Assembly (NCBI GenBank): GCA_009103225.1
Contig: RHPI01003156.1
Location: 1,328,552 to 1,392,551 of the forward strand
Reading direction: 5' to 3'
Length of the DNA: 64,000 nt
Source of the DNA: Chlorokybus atmophyticus
Taxonomy: Eukaryota; Plantae; Mesostigma and Chlorokybus algae
Part shown: piece by piece, positions 12,050 through 25,500 of the stretch
Layout of the letters: each line of letters begins with the position of its first letter
Numbering within the stretch: position 1 is the stretch's first letter
Notes under the pieces: model-generated
The model's database searches: none
The model's input: only the letters and a program-made list of their open reading frames with translations
What the model was told of the DNA's origin: nothing
Made by a program: the position numbers and the translations under genes

Positions 12050-13885
12050 ATGGCGGCGGCGGCGGCGGCGGCGGGGAAGGGTAAGAAGGCGGCGGGGGCG
12101 ATGGTCGGCGTCAAGCGAAAGCCTGAAGGAGGAGGAGAAGGACGAGGAAAAGGGGGAGGAGGAGGAGGAGAAGGAGGAAAGGATTTGCAGAACAAGCAGT
12201 TCCGCCCAGCTGCTGCTGCAGGTGGTGAAGGCGGGAAGACGCAGCCGAAGCAGCACGATGGCAAGCCTCAGGAAAAGGACGCAACTGAGTCGAGGCAGGA
12301 TCAGAAGGTGACGTACACACGCACGCGCACGCACACACTCCCACCCAACTCACTCAGTCACTCTCTCATTCTCTTACTCACGTACTCGGTCTGTCACTCT
12401 CGCTCTCGCTCGCTCGCTCGCTCGTGCGCTTGCTCTCGTCTTGTTACAGTCATTGCATGCAAGTCTGCTGTCTTGTTACTGCTTAACGCGTACAGTGCAT
12501 GCAGTCGTCTTGAAAGCTATCCCTGTCAGTGGTGCAAACACACATCGTGTCTCACTTTCCTGCTGAAACACATTCAGTAAGCGTTAACAACAGAAAATGT
12601 GAAAAGGGTACGAGCTTTGCAATCAATCGCTGTACAGCTTTGGTCAAGGCATGCACGTGAACAATGTCATACACATGTTCTCTGTGCGTCAGCTGTGTCT
12701 GATCAAGTCATCATCACAGGCCGCAAAGGTCGCGCGGAAGGCGAAGCGCAAGCCCAACTTTGAGCTGATTCACGTGAGTCGTCACACCCTGCTGTTGATT
12801 CGTGTTGTTGACTGTGTTGTGTTACAAAACGCAACATATTGAATGCTCTGTCACTTGTCGTGTGCGCAGGATGCCTCGCAGCTTTGGGAGAAAGTGCGAA
12901 GTGAGAAGACGCCCGCAGCAGAACGCACTGCGTGAGTACACAGTCTTTGCAACACGCACCATCTTTTGTTATCGCCTAGTTGTGTTGTCATCGCATGCGT
13001 GCAGTAGATGACGACAACCACCATTATTGTGTGTGCTTGCAGCTTGGTTGGGCAGCTGTTGCAGAAGCTCAAAGGCAAGCTGTCTGAGCTGGCTGTGTCC
13101 CACACAGCTTCAAGAGTTGTGCAGGTACAGACTATACCTTCATCGTAATCAACCATTTCATACTGAGTTACACAGGCATGAACAGGCTGTGTGCTGAGGT
13201 TTTGTGTACATGTTACCATAGCTTGTTACGTTGTGTTCGGTAAATCTCATCCCTTAAATGTCTTGTTATTCTTGCGCACGCTTGATCAGCTTCCCTTACA
13301 GACTTGTCTCAAGCACGGCACGCCCGAGGCGAGGGCGACGATCTACGCGGAGCTTCAGCCTCACGCGGTGGTGCTGTCCAAGAATGTGTACGCGCACTTT
13401 CTGGTTGGGAAGCTGCTCGATTACGGCACCAAAGAGCAGCAGCAGCAGCTACGGAAACTGTTTAACGGCCATGTTGTGGCGCTGATGCGCCATCCCACAG
13501 CCTCAGCAGGTACGCGCGTATGTGCGCATGGTGCGTATGTGTATGAAGCATACATACACATATACACGCCTATACACACGTATGTGCGTCGCATACCTGT
13601 GCACACGCATGCAACACATACACGTGTGTTTGCATGTCTTGCATACACATGCACATATATGCGATGCATATGTATGCACAATGTTGGTTGGTTGGTTGGT
13701 TGATAGATAGTCATCCTGCGCAGTTGTTGAGCAGGTGTATCAGGCATCAAGCGCGAAGGACAAGCAGCTGATGGCCGCAGAGTTCTATTCAGAGGAGTAC
13801 CGGCTGTTCAAAGGCAGCGACGCTGTCGGCTCCGGCAGGTTTGGCATGCTAGTCATCTCTGTTACAATGCAGCTGCCTCACACAC

Positions 13886-13962
<77 letters not shown>

Positions 13963-15974
13963 CAATAACAACAACAGGCTAAAAGACATACTCGAGCGCG
14001 CGCAAACGGGCCAGAAGAATGCCGTGCTGGAACATGTGGCACACGCGGTGCAGCCCATACTTGAGAAGGGAATCATCGATCACTCGCTACTCCATCACGT
14101 CCTCATGGAATACCTCCCCGTGGCCACACAAGTGCGCAGATGTTGTGTATGCATCAACCGCGTTGTGTACTTACCCAACTATTTCTAATTAGTTTGCTGT
14201 CTGCTCTTCAGGGTAGTGTGGAGGACATAGTCAACGTGTTGGCGGGTCCTCTGCTCATGCGCATGGTGCACACGAAGGACGGGGCGAGGGTCGGCCTCGC
14301 TGTCATCAACTCCAGCACTGCGAAGCATCGCAAGAAGATTGTTAAGGGGATGAAGGGACTCGTGGCACGCATGTGCCGCGACGAACACGGCCACCTTATC
14401 GTGATGCGCCTGCTTGACGTGATGGATGACACCACGCTGCTGAACAAGGTGGGCTTGTTCCTGTTGGGAAGCTTGGTGTTTGACTAGCATACATTAGCCA
14501 TGTGCGTATGCATGCGCGCGCATGCGTGTGCGTGTGTAACACGTGTTTGTTGGTTCTGATATTGCAGCGTGTACGCATGTGTTGTGTGCACGCACATAAT
14601 GACGTGTGCACACAACACCCCCGCAGCCCCACATGCATTCACCCCTACACGCATGCACTCGTGCTTACACAACTTTCTCCTGCAGGTACTGGTGTCTGAG
14701 ATCCTGAAAGAGCTGCGCGACATTGTGCACGACAAGCGCGCTCGTTTGGTTGTGCTGAGGCTGCTGGCTCCCGCGTGCACGCGCTACTTCTCGCCCAACA
14801 TTCAGGAGTTGCTCCAGCGACAGGTCGCACCCATCGTCAACCCGAAAGTCAACAACGCTGCCGTAGCCGAAGGCGACAGCGATGACGATGATGAACAACA
14901 ACAACAAGAACAACACCAGAGTGTTAGCAAGAAAGACCCTGAAGTGAGAAGAGTTGAACTGTTGTCGGAGCTCGCGCAACCGCTCTCGGACTTGTGCGCG
15001 GATCAAGCGGGTGATATGCTTCGGTCGCCCACGGCAGGAGATGTGTTGTATGAAGTCATGGCCGGGTCGGCGCGAGCAAGCACGGATGCCGTGACAGCAG
15101 TGCAGCAGGCTGTTGCCGACGCAGCTGCTGAAGAACCCGGTTAGTGCTTGGTGTGTGCACTGCATCATCCATGCACCCGTGCAGTCAGCGAGTATGTACA
15201 CATGTTGCATACAACCAATGTGCACGCACGCTTTGTCTGTGCGTGCTTAGGCGCGTATGTGCACACCTGCATGTGTGTACGCATTGGCTATGTACACACG
15301 CGTACGTGCCTTCATCATGTACACAGGTCGGCATGTACACGCACAAGCACGCGCATACACCCACATACACGTACGCACACATGAGTACAAGTATATACTC
15401 TCTTTCACTGGCGCTCACTTACTGCTTGTCTTGCGTGCATGGTACAGGTACCAGCGATGCAGCTGCTGCGGAGGAATGCGCGATGGAGCACTTTTACGGC
15501 AGCCGTCTCCTTCGTCGCCTCGTGCTTGCGCCTCGTCCGGCCCACACCGACTGCGAGCCCTTTGCGGCCGTGCTGTGGCGGCGCGCTTTTCAAGGCCGAT
15601 GCGAGCGGTGGGCCAAAGGCCACAGCGCCAAGGTCGTGGCCGCCGTGTACACATATCCACACGACGCACAAGTGACCAAAGCAGCGGAAGCCGAACTCAG
15701 GCCACTGTTCGAGTCGGGACAAGTTGATGAGTCTTTGTTCAAGAAAATCGTGCCGGCGGAGCAGCTTGAGAAGCATACCAAGTCACAGGCTGAGCAGGTC
15801 ACCAAGCAGCCAAAATCAGCAGAGCAGTTGGCAGTGAATGATGCGGATGAAGCTGCATTGGATGTTGACTCCACCCCGTTGCGCACGCCAGCCAAGAGGC
15901 GTGTCAAAGCTGCCAGTGCGGTGCCCACGCCGGCCAGCACAAGGCCCAAGCGAGCGTGCACAGTCAAGAAGTAG
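12050..15974 (+). CDS. PUM24: Pumilio homolog 24 / PUM3 / Puf6-like nucleolar RNA-binding protein; multi-exon
   Basis: Exons translate to KRKPNFELIH|DASQLWEKVRSEK, LKGKLSELAVSHTASRVVQ|TCLKHGTPEARATIYAEL..LSKNVYAHFLVGKLLDYG, LMRHPTASA|VVEQVY, MRMVHTKDGARVG..STAKHRKKIVKGMKG..DEHGHLIVMRLLDVMDDT and CPL-like EHFYGSRLLRRLV. Stop TAG at 15972-15974. Confidence 0.92.
13879..13958. repeat. (CA)n microsatellite in a PUM24 intron
   Basis: Directly visible run of about 40 CA units. Confidence 0.95.
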
Positions 15975-17047
15975 TGGCATTCGTGCCTGTGCAGTTGACC
16001 CTGCTGATGCTGCGTTGGTCTTGTGATGGGTAACGTGATGTTGCCAAGACCCAGTTAAATGAGAGGCGGTTGCCTGTTGCATCTGGCGTGAGCAGACGTG
16101 CCACGTGCACTGTCATATATGAACTGCTACTACTGCTATGCCAAAGCATGCAGCGTGGCTCTTCAGAGTACAAAGCACTGCGCACTGCCACTGTGGTCAA
16201 TGCTACATGCTGGGCAGTAGTCAGACCATGTCTGACAACCCGGTGGGGGTGTTAATTGGATTGAAGTGTTAGTCAGTGAGGGCTTTCAGTCCAAGACCTT
16301 TTTGTTGTATGGGAGGAGCCACCTTGTGAATCATTGTCGCTGTGCGATAGCATTGGCGGATAGTGAGTGCGTTTGCCACCCGATCACCACTTGAGGGCCG
16401 ATATCCATAGCAATGAACGCGCACATAATGTGAGGCAACAACAAGGCTGCATTATGTGAGTGGACACATGAGTGCGAGCTTATGGTGGACGCGCTGCATC
16501 TGCTTGATCTGCTAGCATGCGCTATACTCCATGTAATTATGTACATACAATGCGCGTGGCATATGTAGGCCGCAGCAAAACACTTGTACACACAATCTAT
16601 CATAGTATTTACACTTCCACAGGCGTGTCATACCATGATGGAGGTGCCATCAATTGTTGCGTCAAGTTGCTTGGAATGACAAGAGACATGCTGCCTGTGC
16701 CCTCAGCCTGACAGCGGTGCTGCGCCAATTAGCCCCTTTCCTTACTTACTACAGCCCCTGCCTCTGCCTGCTGCTTACATAATAGCTGGGATTGTACTCT
16801 AGTGGTCTTGTCAACAGTCCCCTTTCACTTAGTGCCCCCCTTTGGTGAGTGTGAGCATTGCTGATACCATTGTTTTGGTATTGTATACTACAATGGTACC
16901 TATTACTGCGGTATGACCACTCAGCACGACCGGTGCCATGCACAACAAAACTGTGTCTGGAGAACACCCCCATTAACACAGCAGGCTGGCAAACAAACAA
17001 TAAGTGACAGAGTTAATAGCGGAGACAGGTTCATAAGTACATGATGA

Positions 17048-18247
17048 TCACCGTGGAGGACCACCCCTGCCCCTGCCCCTGCCTCCGTCACCACGCCCTC
17101 CCGCACCCGGTGGCTGCGCAACAATGCAGTTCAATCAGCAGTAATCCGCATTGCATCAACAAAGTACGACACGGCATCCCCATTCATAACAATCAACTAA
17201 TCACACTAGCACCGGAGCCCATCCATAATTGAGCACGAGACAGCGCAAGATGCACGCGGCAGATTGGCAACGTATGCAGTGAGCATTTACCCGTGGACCT
17301 CCCCGGCCTCGACCAGAACCACTGCGTCCCTGTGTGTGTGTGCGTGCAATGTTAATCAGTGCATAACAGGTACCAACTTCTTGAAATCAGTGCATATGTT
17401 CAACGCTTTACGATGCACAGCTTGTACCGAGTGACAGCATCAAAGCAAGGACACCAAACTATACAGTACCTTTGCCTTGGCTTCAATGCGCTTGAACATG
17501 GGGGCGTTCTTGAGCATGTCCGGGATGATCAAAAACCTGCATGCGACAATGTCAAACAAATACGGATGCATACTCTGCATAAGTATAGCTAAATGTATCT
17601 CACACTGATCACCTCACAGCACAACCAAACAGGTTTGTAAGGTGCACTTGATGTGCCTGGTGAGCAAGCTATTGCCATAAACATACGTGCCATGCGGATG
17701 GCTCAAGCCTTACGAACACAATGCAACTAGCGTTCCCTAAGTCCTTGAATCAAGCGCACGAGTGGCAGCAGTGTATTCTGGTTGGGAACGGCAAAGGGGC
17801 ATGCTCGCTGGGAGTAATACCTGACTTGGCTGCCGCGGATGAATGCATGCTCCAAATGGGTGACCTTCCCATCCTGCCAGCAGCACGCAATAGAACAACT
17901 ATTCAAGTATGTGCAAGAGTTTGAACGACGATATACTAGACAATGGGCACCGCTTATACACCATACTGTAGCATGCACAGTAATGAGTGCAATGCATGGC
18001 TTGCCTAGTGCGAACCAACTTGTTGGTGAGAGCTATCGCTGCATCATCAACAGGCATGCATGCATGCATACTGATCGCTTCACACCTTGCCAGTGGCTGT
18101 GATGCCTGTGAGCTGAGCGTTCCAGTTGTCTTCCGCCTCAACAAGCTGCCCGCGGTACGTCTCGCCGCTCTTCAGCTCCACGGTGACAACGTGCCCCTCC
18201 GCCTCGTGCAATAGCTTCACGGGTATCCCCAGCCCCTTGCCAGCCAT
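17048..18247 (-). CDS. SmD3: Small nuclear ribonucleoprotein Sm D3; 5 exons
   Basis: [54 protein letters not shown]|[18 protein letters not shown]|[22 protein letters not shown]|[13 protein letters not shown]|[21 protein letters not shown]. Sm fold plus RG tail. Confidence 0.95.
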
Positions 18248-18318
18248 GCTGGCCGCCGACAAGCCTCCCCCCAAACTACCTCACCGCCGCCCACGCCTGC
18301 TCACCCACCCCAGCCAAC

Positions 18319-18540
18319 AAACCCTAACCCTAATCGGCCAACCGCCACTGGAGGCCACTCAAACGCCACTCAAAAACACATCAAAAACACAACCACTCGC
18401 ACAACCTGACCTTGATTTTGACACAGAACACTCACACCACCAACACCAACACCAACACCAACACCAACGCCAACGCCGACGCCAATGACAACCGCGCCGC
18501 CGCCGCCGCCGCCGCCGCTCAGGCAGCAAGCAAACCCTAA
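18319..18540. promoter_or_regulatory. Telo-boxes upstream of SmD3
   Basis: AAACCCTAACCCTAA at 18319-18333 and AAACCCTAA at 18532-18540. Confidence 0.65.
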
Positions 18541-18759
18541 TCACTTGTCCATGTTGGTTGACATGGGCCGTACTGTTATTGAGCATAGCAGCTGTATTCG
18601 ATATCGACTGCGAGCGGATATCAGCGACGTCAGCACGTGATGTGAACTTAATTTTCCGCTATCCAATTGCGCAGGCAGGCAGTTAGGCGGCGGCGGGTGT
18701 CCGGCGGCTTGTCGTTGGTGGAGTCTTCTTCGTTGTTGCTGTCATAGCCATCACGCGAC

Positions 18760-20135
18760 ATGGTGGCTTTCAAAGAAGAAGATGAAGGTGAGTTGGTGTG
18801 GTATGTCTGTTGGCTGGTTACTGGCAACGTTGTCCACCTGCTAGGTGGTTGCTCTGTTTGTCTATCATTGGATCAATGCACTTGAGATGTTAGCTTGTCA
18901 TCAATATGCAACACAAATATTTGAGTGTTGGTCTCATGTTGAACTACTACTTCAGATGACATGCCGCCGCCGCTTGAGGACATGTCAGAACACATGATAA
19001 TTTCCGAGCGAAGTTGGGCGCAAACCCAAACGCAAGCCACCACAACAGCAGCAGGTAATCAGCCTACATGCCAACTTGCGTATATGTGTGCGTGCATGTT
19101 TTGGGTATGCGTTGCCATATGCGTGTGTGCATGCGTGCGTGCGCGTGGGTGAGTATAGGGTTGTGAAGAGGGCGCGTGTGTGTGCGTGTGTGTTGGTGTG
19201 TTGCCATCTGATGTGTTGCGTTTGCGAGCGTGTGCACGCGCACTTGCGTGTGCACGCATTAAGTGTGCATGTGCGCGCATGTATAAAGCGATGTGAAGAA
19301 GGATCGTGTATGGTAGTATGTACGTGCATGCAAACTCGCAGTGAGGTATGACTATGACTCTTTGCGTGGCAGCTACGGGTATCAGTGGCGCGGATACATC
19401 ATCAGAGAAGCCGGCACCATCAAGAAGCAATGGTTCTGCCATCAAGCGAGGGTTCTTTGATAATCCCAAACCAGCAAAGGCGAAGCTGAAACCTCAGCTG
19501 AAGGAAGACAAGGGGAATGAAGTCCCTTTCATCAAGGCTATGAGGGGTGCAGGGACCAACTCTGCAAAACAAATCCCTGGTGAGTACTGGCAACACTGCG
19601 ATGCATTGTACTTTTAATAAAGGTTACTTGCGCGTATGCCTGAAGTGTCCTGCTCATAAATGCAGACTTCATGAGGGTGGACCAGCAAGCGAACCCAGTG
19701 GAGAAGCTGAAGAAACAGATGATAGGTATAAGAGTTGGGTTCTTGCAATGACCTTCCTTCTTGACGCCAATGGTCCCAGAGCCAAACACACACATGTGCG
19801 CACACGCACATGATGTAAACGCGCACACATACACACATTCTCGCTCATGTGCACTGACACTGAGCCGAGTGCATTCTACTTTTCCCCCTCGCTTACTTCC
19901 CTTTCTATCAGATGCGTTGGCTCCTACCCCCGCCGTGATGTCCCGCGTGCTGTCCGACCCGGCCCTCCTCTCCGGTTTCGACGACCCCGAGGTGATGTCG
20001 GCCGTGGCGGAGATATCGCGCGACCCGACGGCCATGACCACGAAATACAGAAACAACACCAAAGTGGCCGCGTTCTACCGACAGGTGGCGGGGATGGTGG
20101 CGGGGAGACTGGAGGAGATGGGCGGGGGAGGGTAG
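18760..20135 (+). CDS. STI1/HOP DP-domain protein (co-chaperone-like); 5 exons
   Basis: MVAFKEEDE|DDMPPPLEDMSE..|..AIKRGFFDN..KQIP|DFMRVDQQANPVEKLKKQMI|DALAPTPAVMSRVLSDPALLSGFDDPEVMSAVAEISRDPTAMTTKYRNNTKVAAFYRQVAG. All junctions are phase-1 GT-AG. The DPEV..A..EI..DP pattern is typical of STI1 domains. Confidence 0.7.
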
Positions 20136-22559
20136 GAGGGAGGTGGGGAATTGGGATAAAAGATTGGCTATTGGTCGTGCATGCGCAGTGTGTGATCTTG
20201 TGTGGATATGGTGTGCATTGCGCGCATCGGTGATACGCACAGTGTGTGCCAAGGCTGTGGAGGAGAGCTACTGTCACTTTCATTGGCATGATACAGTTGG
20301 GACATACAGCATGCATGACATGTTGTGCCAGACACGCACAGTGCCAGAACATTATCCTCCGAAAACCATGCCAAACTAGTAAGGTGTATACGCCAAGATT
20401 TTGCCGGCGAATGCTCCTTGGTTGTGTGCATGGTGCTCATGCGTATGCACAAACATTCATAAGGCGCAACATTAGCTGTTGCTGTTGTTGCTGCTGTTGT
20501 CATTGCGAACTCAGTGTACTCTGTGCAGGGAACCAGTGTGCACAGATAAGCTCGGAGCAGGTTGTGAACAGCAGTGGTCGCGCCGTGCACACTGTGAAGA
20601 TCAGGAGCATGCGGGTGGTGTGTATGCGAGTATGGCAGTGCACACAACAGCATGACATTGACCCTCCTGTCAGGCGGTATGAACCATGTGTAACACAAAC
20701 ATCTCTAATAAGTTCCACCACCACGCTGCGGACCACCAGCCTCCTGTACATGCTAGGCACTACTAGCATGCACTCCGTTTTTGCTCCCCATAACTATCTA
20801 AGTACATCCAATTTACCAACGTGCTTGTTCTGTTACTCAATCAATCCCCAAATCCACCAGCGCATGTTGTCAGATTACCAGTGTCGATTGATGTACGCTT
20901 GTGGCTGTGAGTTGCTTTCTCATTGCGGTCTTGCCATTGCATATGCATACTGCTGCCCTACTGAAACAAAAGACTTCTGCATGCGTACTTGTAGTCTACA
21001 TATAGCAATGCATGGAAGAGCTTGCAGCGCCCGCGCAAACGGGGAGGGGGGGGTAGCCATCACAGGTACTGAACACTGAACAAAGGTCTGCAAGGCAAGG
21101 TGAAATGATAACTCTTGGGTAAAAGAGTGGTGGCGGGGCGTGTTGCTGGAAGACTTGAAGACATGATCTCGTGATATAGACCTTCTGCACGTGCAGTTTA
21201 GTGGGTGAGTAATATGTTCAACAAGCGTGCTGTATGAAGTATTGCACTTTATTGCTTACAACAGCAGCCCAGTGCCTGTTGTGAGCAACCGATTGTTAGT
21301 CGTGCATGCACGGTGTGTGTTGATAAGACTGCATGGTGTGTGCAAACACCGTGGACAGGAGAACTATCATCCTTGTCACGTTCAACAGCATGGTGCAGTT
21401 GGGGTGTAGATATAGAGAATGGCATGATACATGTTGCCAGGCATTAACAACTTGCACAGAAGCTAGCGTCTGCTGAGCAATCTATGTAGCCTATGCCCAT
21501 CTTGAATGAAGAGGAATTGAATCACAGTGAGCAGCATGCTAGCATGCTACCATACTGGTTGTGCATGAGTGGCACAACTTATTAAATGAATGCGAGGAGG
21601 GGGCCACCCTTACCGTGTCTGTGCAGATTGCACATTGTGCTTGTGTGTTGCCAGCAACACGTCCATGTGCCTCTGCATGCAATCTCTGCATACCATTCGC
21701 TATGCAAGTGACAAAGTTCTGATAACCACGTCCAAACACAGATTTGCATGTCAGCCGTTGATCAACAGGATACAACCGACACTACACAACACTGTCCGCT
21801 GTCTATGACTCCAAGCACACACATGTGTTGAATTTTGGTTCTTGAACACAAGCGCGGTGAGGGCAGGTGAGTCTGCAAGCTTACACTGCTGCTGCGTCAG
21901 AAGGAGGAACTGTGGCCTTACTTTAACGGTTTTTCATACAAACTGAGTGTACGCAACTCACACTAAGACGAAGGCATGCATGGTCGAAGGCATAGGGTAT
22001 AGAGCAAAAAGGCACTCAGCACACAGCATGCATATTGCCAAGCGCGTGTACGATTGGCAGCAGGTAGCTCTTGAGGACACTGCTCGTGTTCAGCCTACTG
22101 TGTGATGTAGAGTGTCGTGGGGTTTTTGAATACCTAAACTCACAACAGCCAGTTGGCACCCGTGTGATTTATTCATTCATTTAGCCACCAACAGCCTCAT
22201 GTGCTGCAAGCTGCTGCTGGTCTCTCCCTGCTCTACACTGCTACTAGCAACTGGCTACCACATACACAAGTCTCTCAGCTATGGCATGTTGTTGATGCTA
22301 ACAACGGTACTGCTCAAACCGCACACCAACGAAATACAAGCCTCAACGTGGCTTAGCTTGAAGAAAGGGAAAGGCGAGCCAGCAGCCATGCAGGATTGTT
22401 CGGGTCGCCTGGTGCCCGCATGGCTGGCAAGCTATACGCCATCGTCGTCGTCGTCGTTGTCGTCATCAGCGTGGTCGCTGGCAGCCACGCTGACAACAAC
22501 AACAACCACGGCACCCCTCGTCCGCCACCGCCGCTTGTCAAGCTGTGTGGCGCAGCAAC

Positions 22560-25500
22560 ATGGAGGCGGAGGCGGCGGTCGAGGCGGCGGAGGGGAAAGA
22601 TGTCAACCAGGAAGGGCAGGAGCATGAGGAGGAGATGGGGAAGGAGGTGGAGGTGGAGTTCAGGCGTGGAGGCTATGTCGGAGACGTTACTGCCTTGCGG
22701 CTGCTCAGCCTTCAAGGCCGTGCCTTTGCCGTCCTAGCTGGTAAGTGCTAGCTTATTTGCAGCAAACTGTTCAAGCTCCTCAAGCTTTGTCTGTGCACGA
22801 AGCTTAGCTCAACTTCAAATCATCATTGGTCTACTTGATGCTGTGAGTGACTGCAGCGAAGCATTGTGTGATGGTTGAATTGGTGTTGCTTGCTTCAGGC
22901 ACTGGAGCCCAGCTGCGTTGCTACCACCTGCACACCGGCCAGCTGCTACTCTCCTTGTGCGTGTTTGACGGACTCCGCATCCACTGCATCGAGGCAAGCC
23001 AATGACGAATGAAGTGTCTTTTGCTTGTCATTTGTTTGTCATTGCATTTAAGTGAAGCTGTTATCTCCTTTCAGGTGGAGGCTGCTGCTGTTGCTAGCAG
23101 TGGTACATTTGAAGAAGGGTCAGGGTCATGCTTCAACGTAGCAGTGGCTGGTGAACAACGGGTTCGGTTATTTCGCCTTGTGATGAATGCTGTGAATGAC
23201 AATGCTGGACAGAGCAGAGCTGAACTGGTCTGTCGGCTTCCTGCAATGGGGCACTGGGTGCTGGCAGTCAAGCTACTACTGGGACAGGTGAGAATGCCTG
23301 TGCGTGTGCCTGTGCGTGTGCTTGTGCGTGTGCAGGTGTTTCACACACACACACACACACACACACAAACAAGCGTGCGCGCGCGTGCTGGGTTGTGTGT
23401 GTGAAGCAGTGAGCAAGCCTGGAACAAACGTTTCTTTCAGTGCGTTTCGCTGACTCATCACTCTATCATCACTTCATCATCTTGGTGTTGGAAAACAATG
23501 CTGGATCAAGGCCTTTGTATGACAGCGTTTGACAAGGTTGATGTGTGTGCGCGACGCAGTTGCTGGCGGCGGGTCTTGCGAATAACTCGGTCGAGTTGTG
23601 GGACTGGAAAGCGGGTCGGCTGATCCGTAGGGTACTGTGCAGCGGTGAGTATCATCACATTTCATCGACAATGGATTCATATCAAGTTGTTGTTCAATAA
23701 CACCGTTTTTCGTATTCAAGCAGAGCGGTGCATGTTGTACTCGCTCGCCTTTCGCCATGACGACAGCGGTAAGCTGTTGGTCGCTGCTGGTACAATCTTT
23801 AATGAGGTCAGTGCCTGACTGATATAGATGCATATATCCACATTCAAGCGGATTCATCGTGATTACAGCTGTATTAATGCACGCTTAACAGGTGCTGGTG
23901 TGGCCAGCGGCAACCTCAACATCACCATGGCAAGAAGAGTTCACGCCACGACATAGGTTGCAAGGCCACGACGGCTCGATACACAACCTATGTTGGTCGC
24001 ACGACGGGCAGTGCATTGTGTCTGTTTCTGATGACAGGACGTAAGTGTGATGCCAAGTGACAGGTGCTTTGCTGCTTTTGTAATGTTGCTCATGCAGTTG
24101 GTATGGCATGCAGTGCACGGTTCTGGCACATTCCCAAGGAAGAGTACGAACATGCAATGCCTGGACCTGTTCTCTACGGTCACACAGCACGGATATGGGA
24201 CTGCTACTTGGGTAGACAGGTCCTCAACAGGCATACTCACATGCATGCATATGCTCGCACGCACGCATGCACGTGCACCCGCGCACACACTCATGCACGC
24301 TTGTATGCACGCACACACGCACGTGCAAGCACATGCGCAGGCAAGTGCGCACAAACACAATTACACGTCTTACGTACAGACACACGTGCACACCTTCATA
24401 CATACTCACAAGTTCTGTGTGATTCAGGTGCTTGTCACAGCTGGCGAGGACTGCACCTGCCGAGTATGGGACCATCAAGGCCGGTTGTTAACGGTGCTGC
24501 AAGGCCATCGGTGAGTGAAACCCAGGTACGCTTCCCCAAACTATGTACAACCATCCAACATGTGCCATCGAGCAAAGCCCAAAGCCCATCAAGTCCTGTA
24601 CTGACTACAGTGATTATGACAGGGGTCGCGGGATCTGGCGTGTTGCCTTTGATGAAGCAACAGCTTCCCTCGTCACAGCAGGCGCAGATGCATCCATTAA
24701 AACTTGGTCGCTTGCACAATGGCAGCAGATAGCCTCTATTGAAGAAAATTCTGGTGTTTGTAAGTCATCATCAGCTCCTGAGGTCTTTACACTGATCAAT
24801 ATGCCGGGTGTCAATGGAACAAACGAGAGTAACAGTGGCAATCTCCATGACAGGTACTATTACTTTGCCGTTGTGCAATGGTGCTATTGGTTGTGCTTAT
24901 GTTGTATCCTTTGCAGCACATCCGAGTATGTGCGAGCAGTGGTATTGCGCGACCATACAGCACTCTACGTGGCAACCAATCAGGGTTTGTTGCATCGCGT
25001 CCTTCTACCAACATCAACATCACCCTCCAGCAATGAATACTGGATTACGCTATTTGACTTTAGCTCCTTTGATGCACCTGACCAATCTACTTTTCGAGGC
25101 GCTCCCATCACCTGTCTGCAAGTGCTAGCTGGCGTTGACGATGATGATGGGGATTATGTTTTAGTTGGCGAGCACTCCGGTTGGGTAGCAGCATTGTATG
25201 TCACCCGTGCGAGTGATGCACACTGCACCGTTGAACGTGTCAATATCTGGCCTGCACACGACACGCGCCAGCTTGTTGGTGCATTCTGGTGCACGGAGCT
25301 TGGACCGAGGTAAATGCAATGTCAGTGGCTGTTGTGTATCCAGAATAGTAACTTGTGTGTGCACAAACAGTTTCTCACTGTCTTGTTGTGTGTGTACAGG
25401 CATGCGTTCACTGCAGACCCCAAAGGCAGGTTGAAGTGGTGGCTTCTGCCTGATAGATTGAAGGACAATGCATCAGACGCGAAGCATGACAAGACAAGCC

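Noticed and set aside
18319-18333. Telomere or interstitial telomeric array
   Set aside because: Only one or two units at each site, located in promoters. These fit telo-boxes, not arrays.
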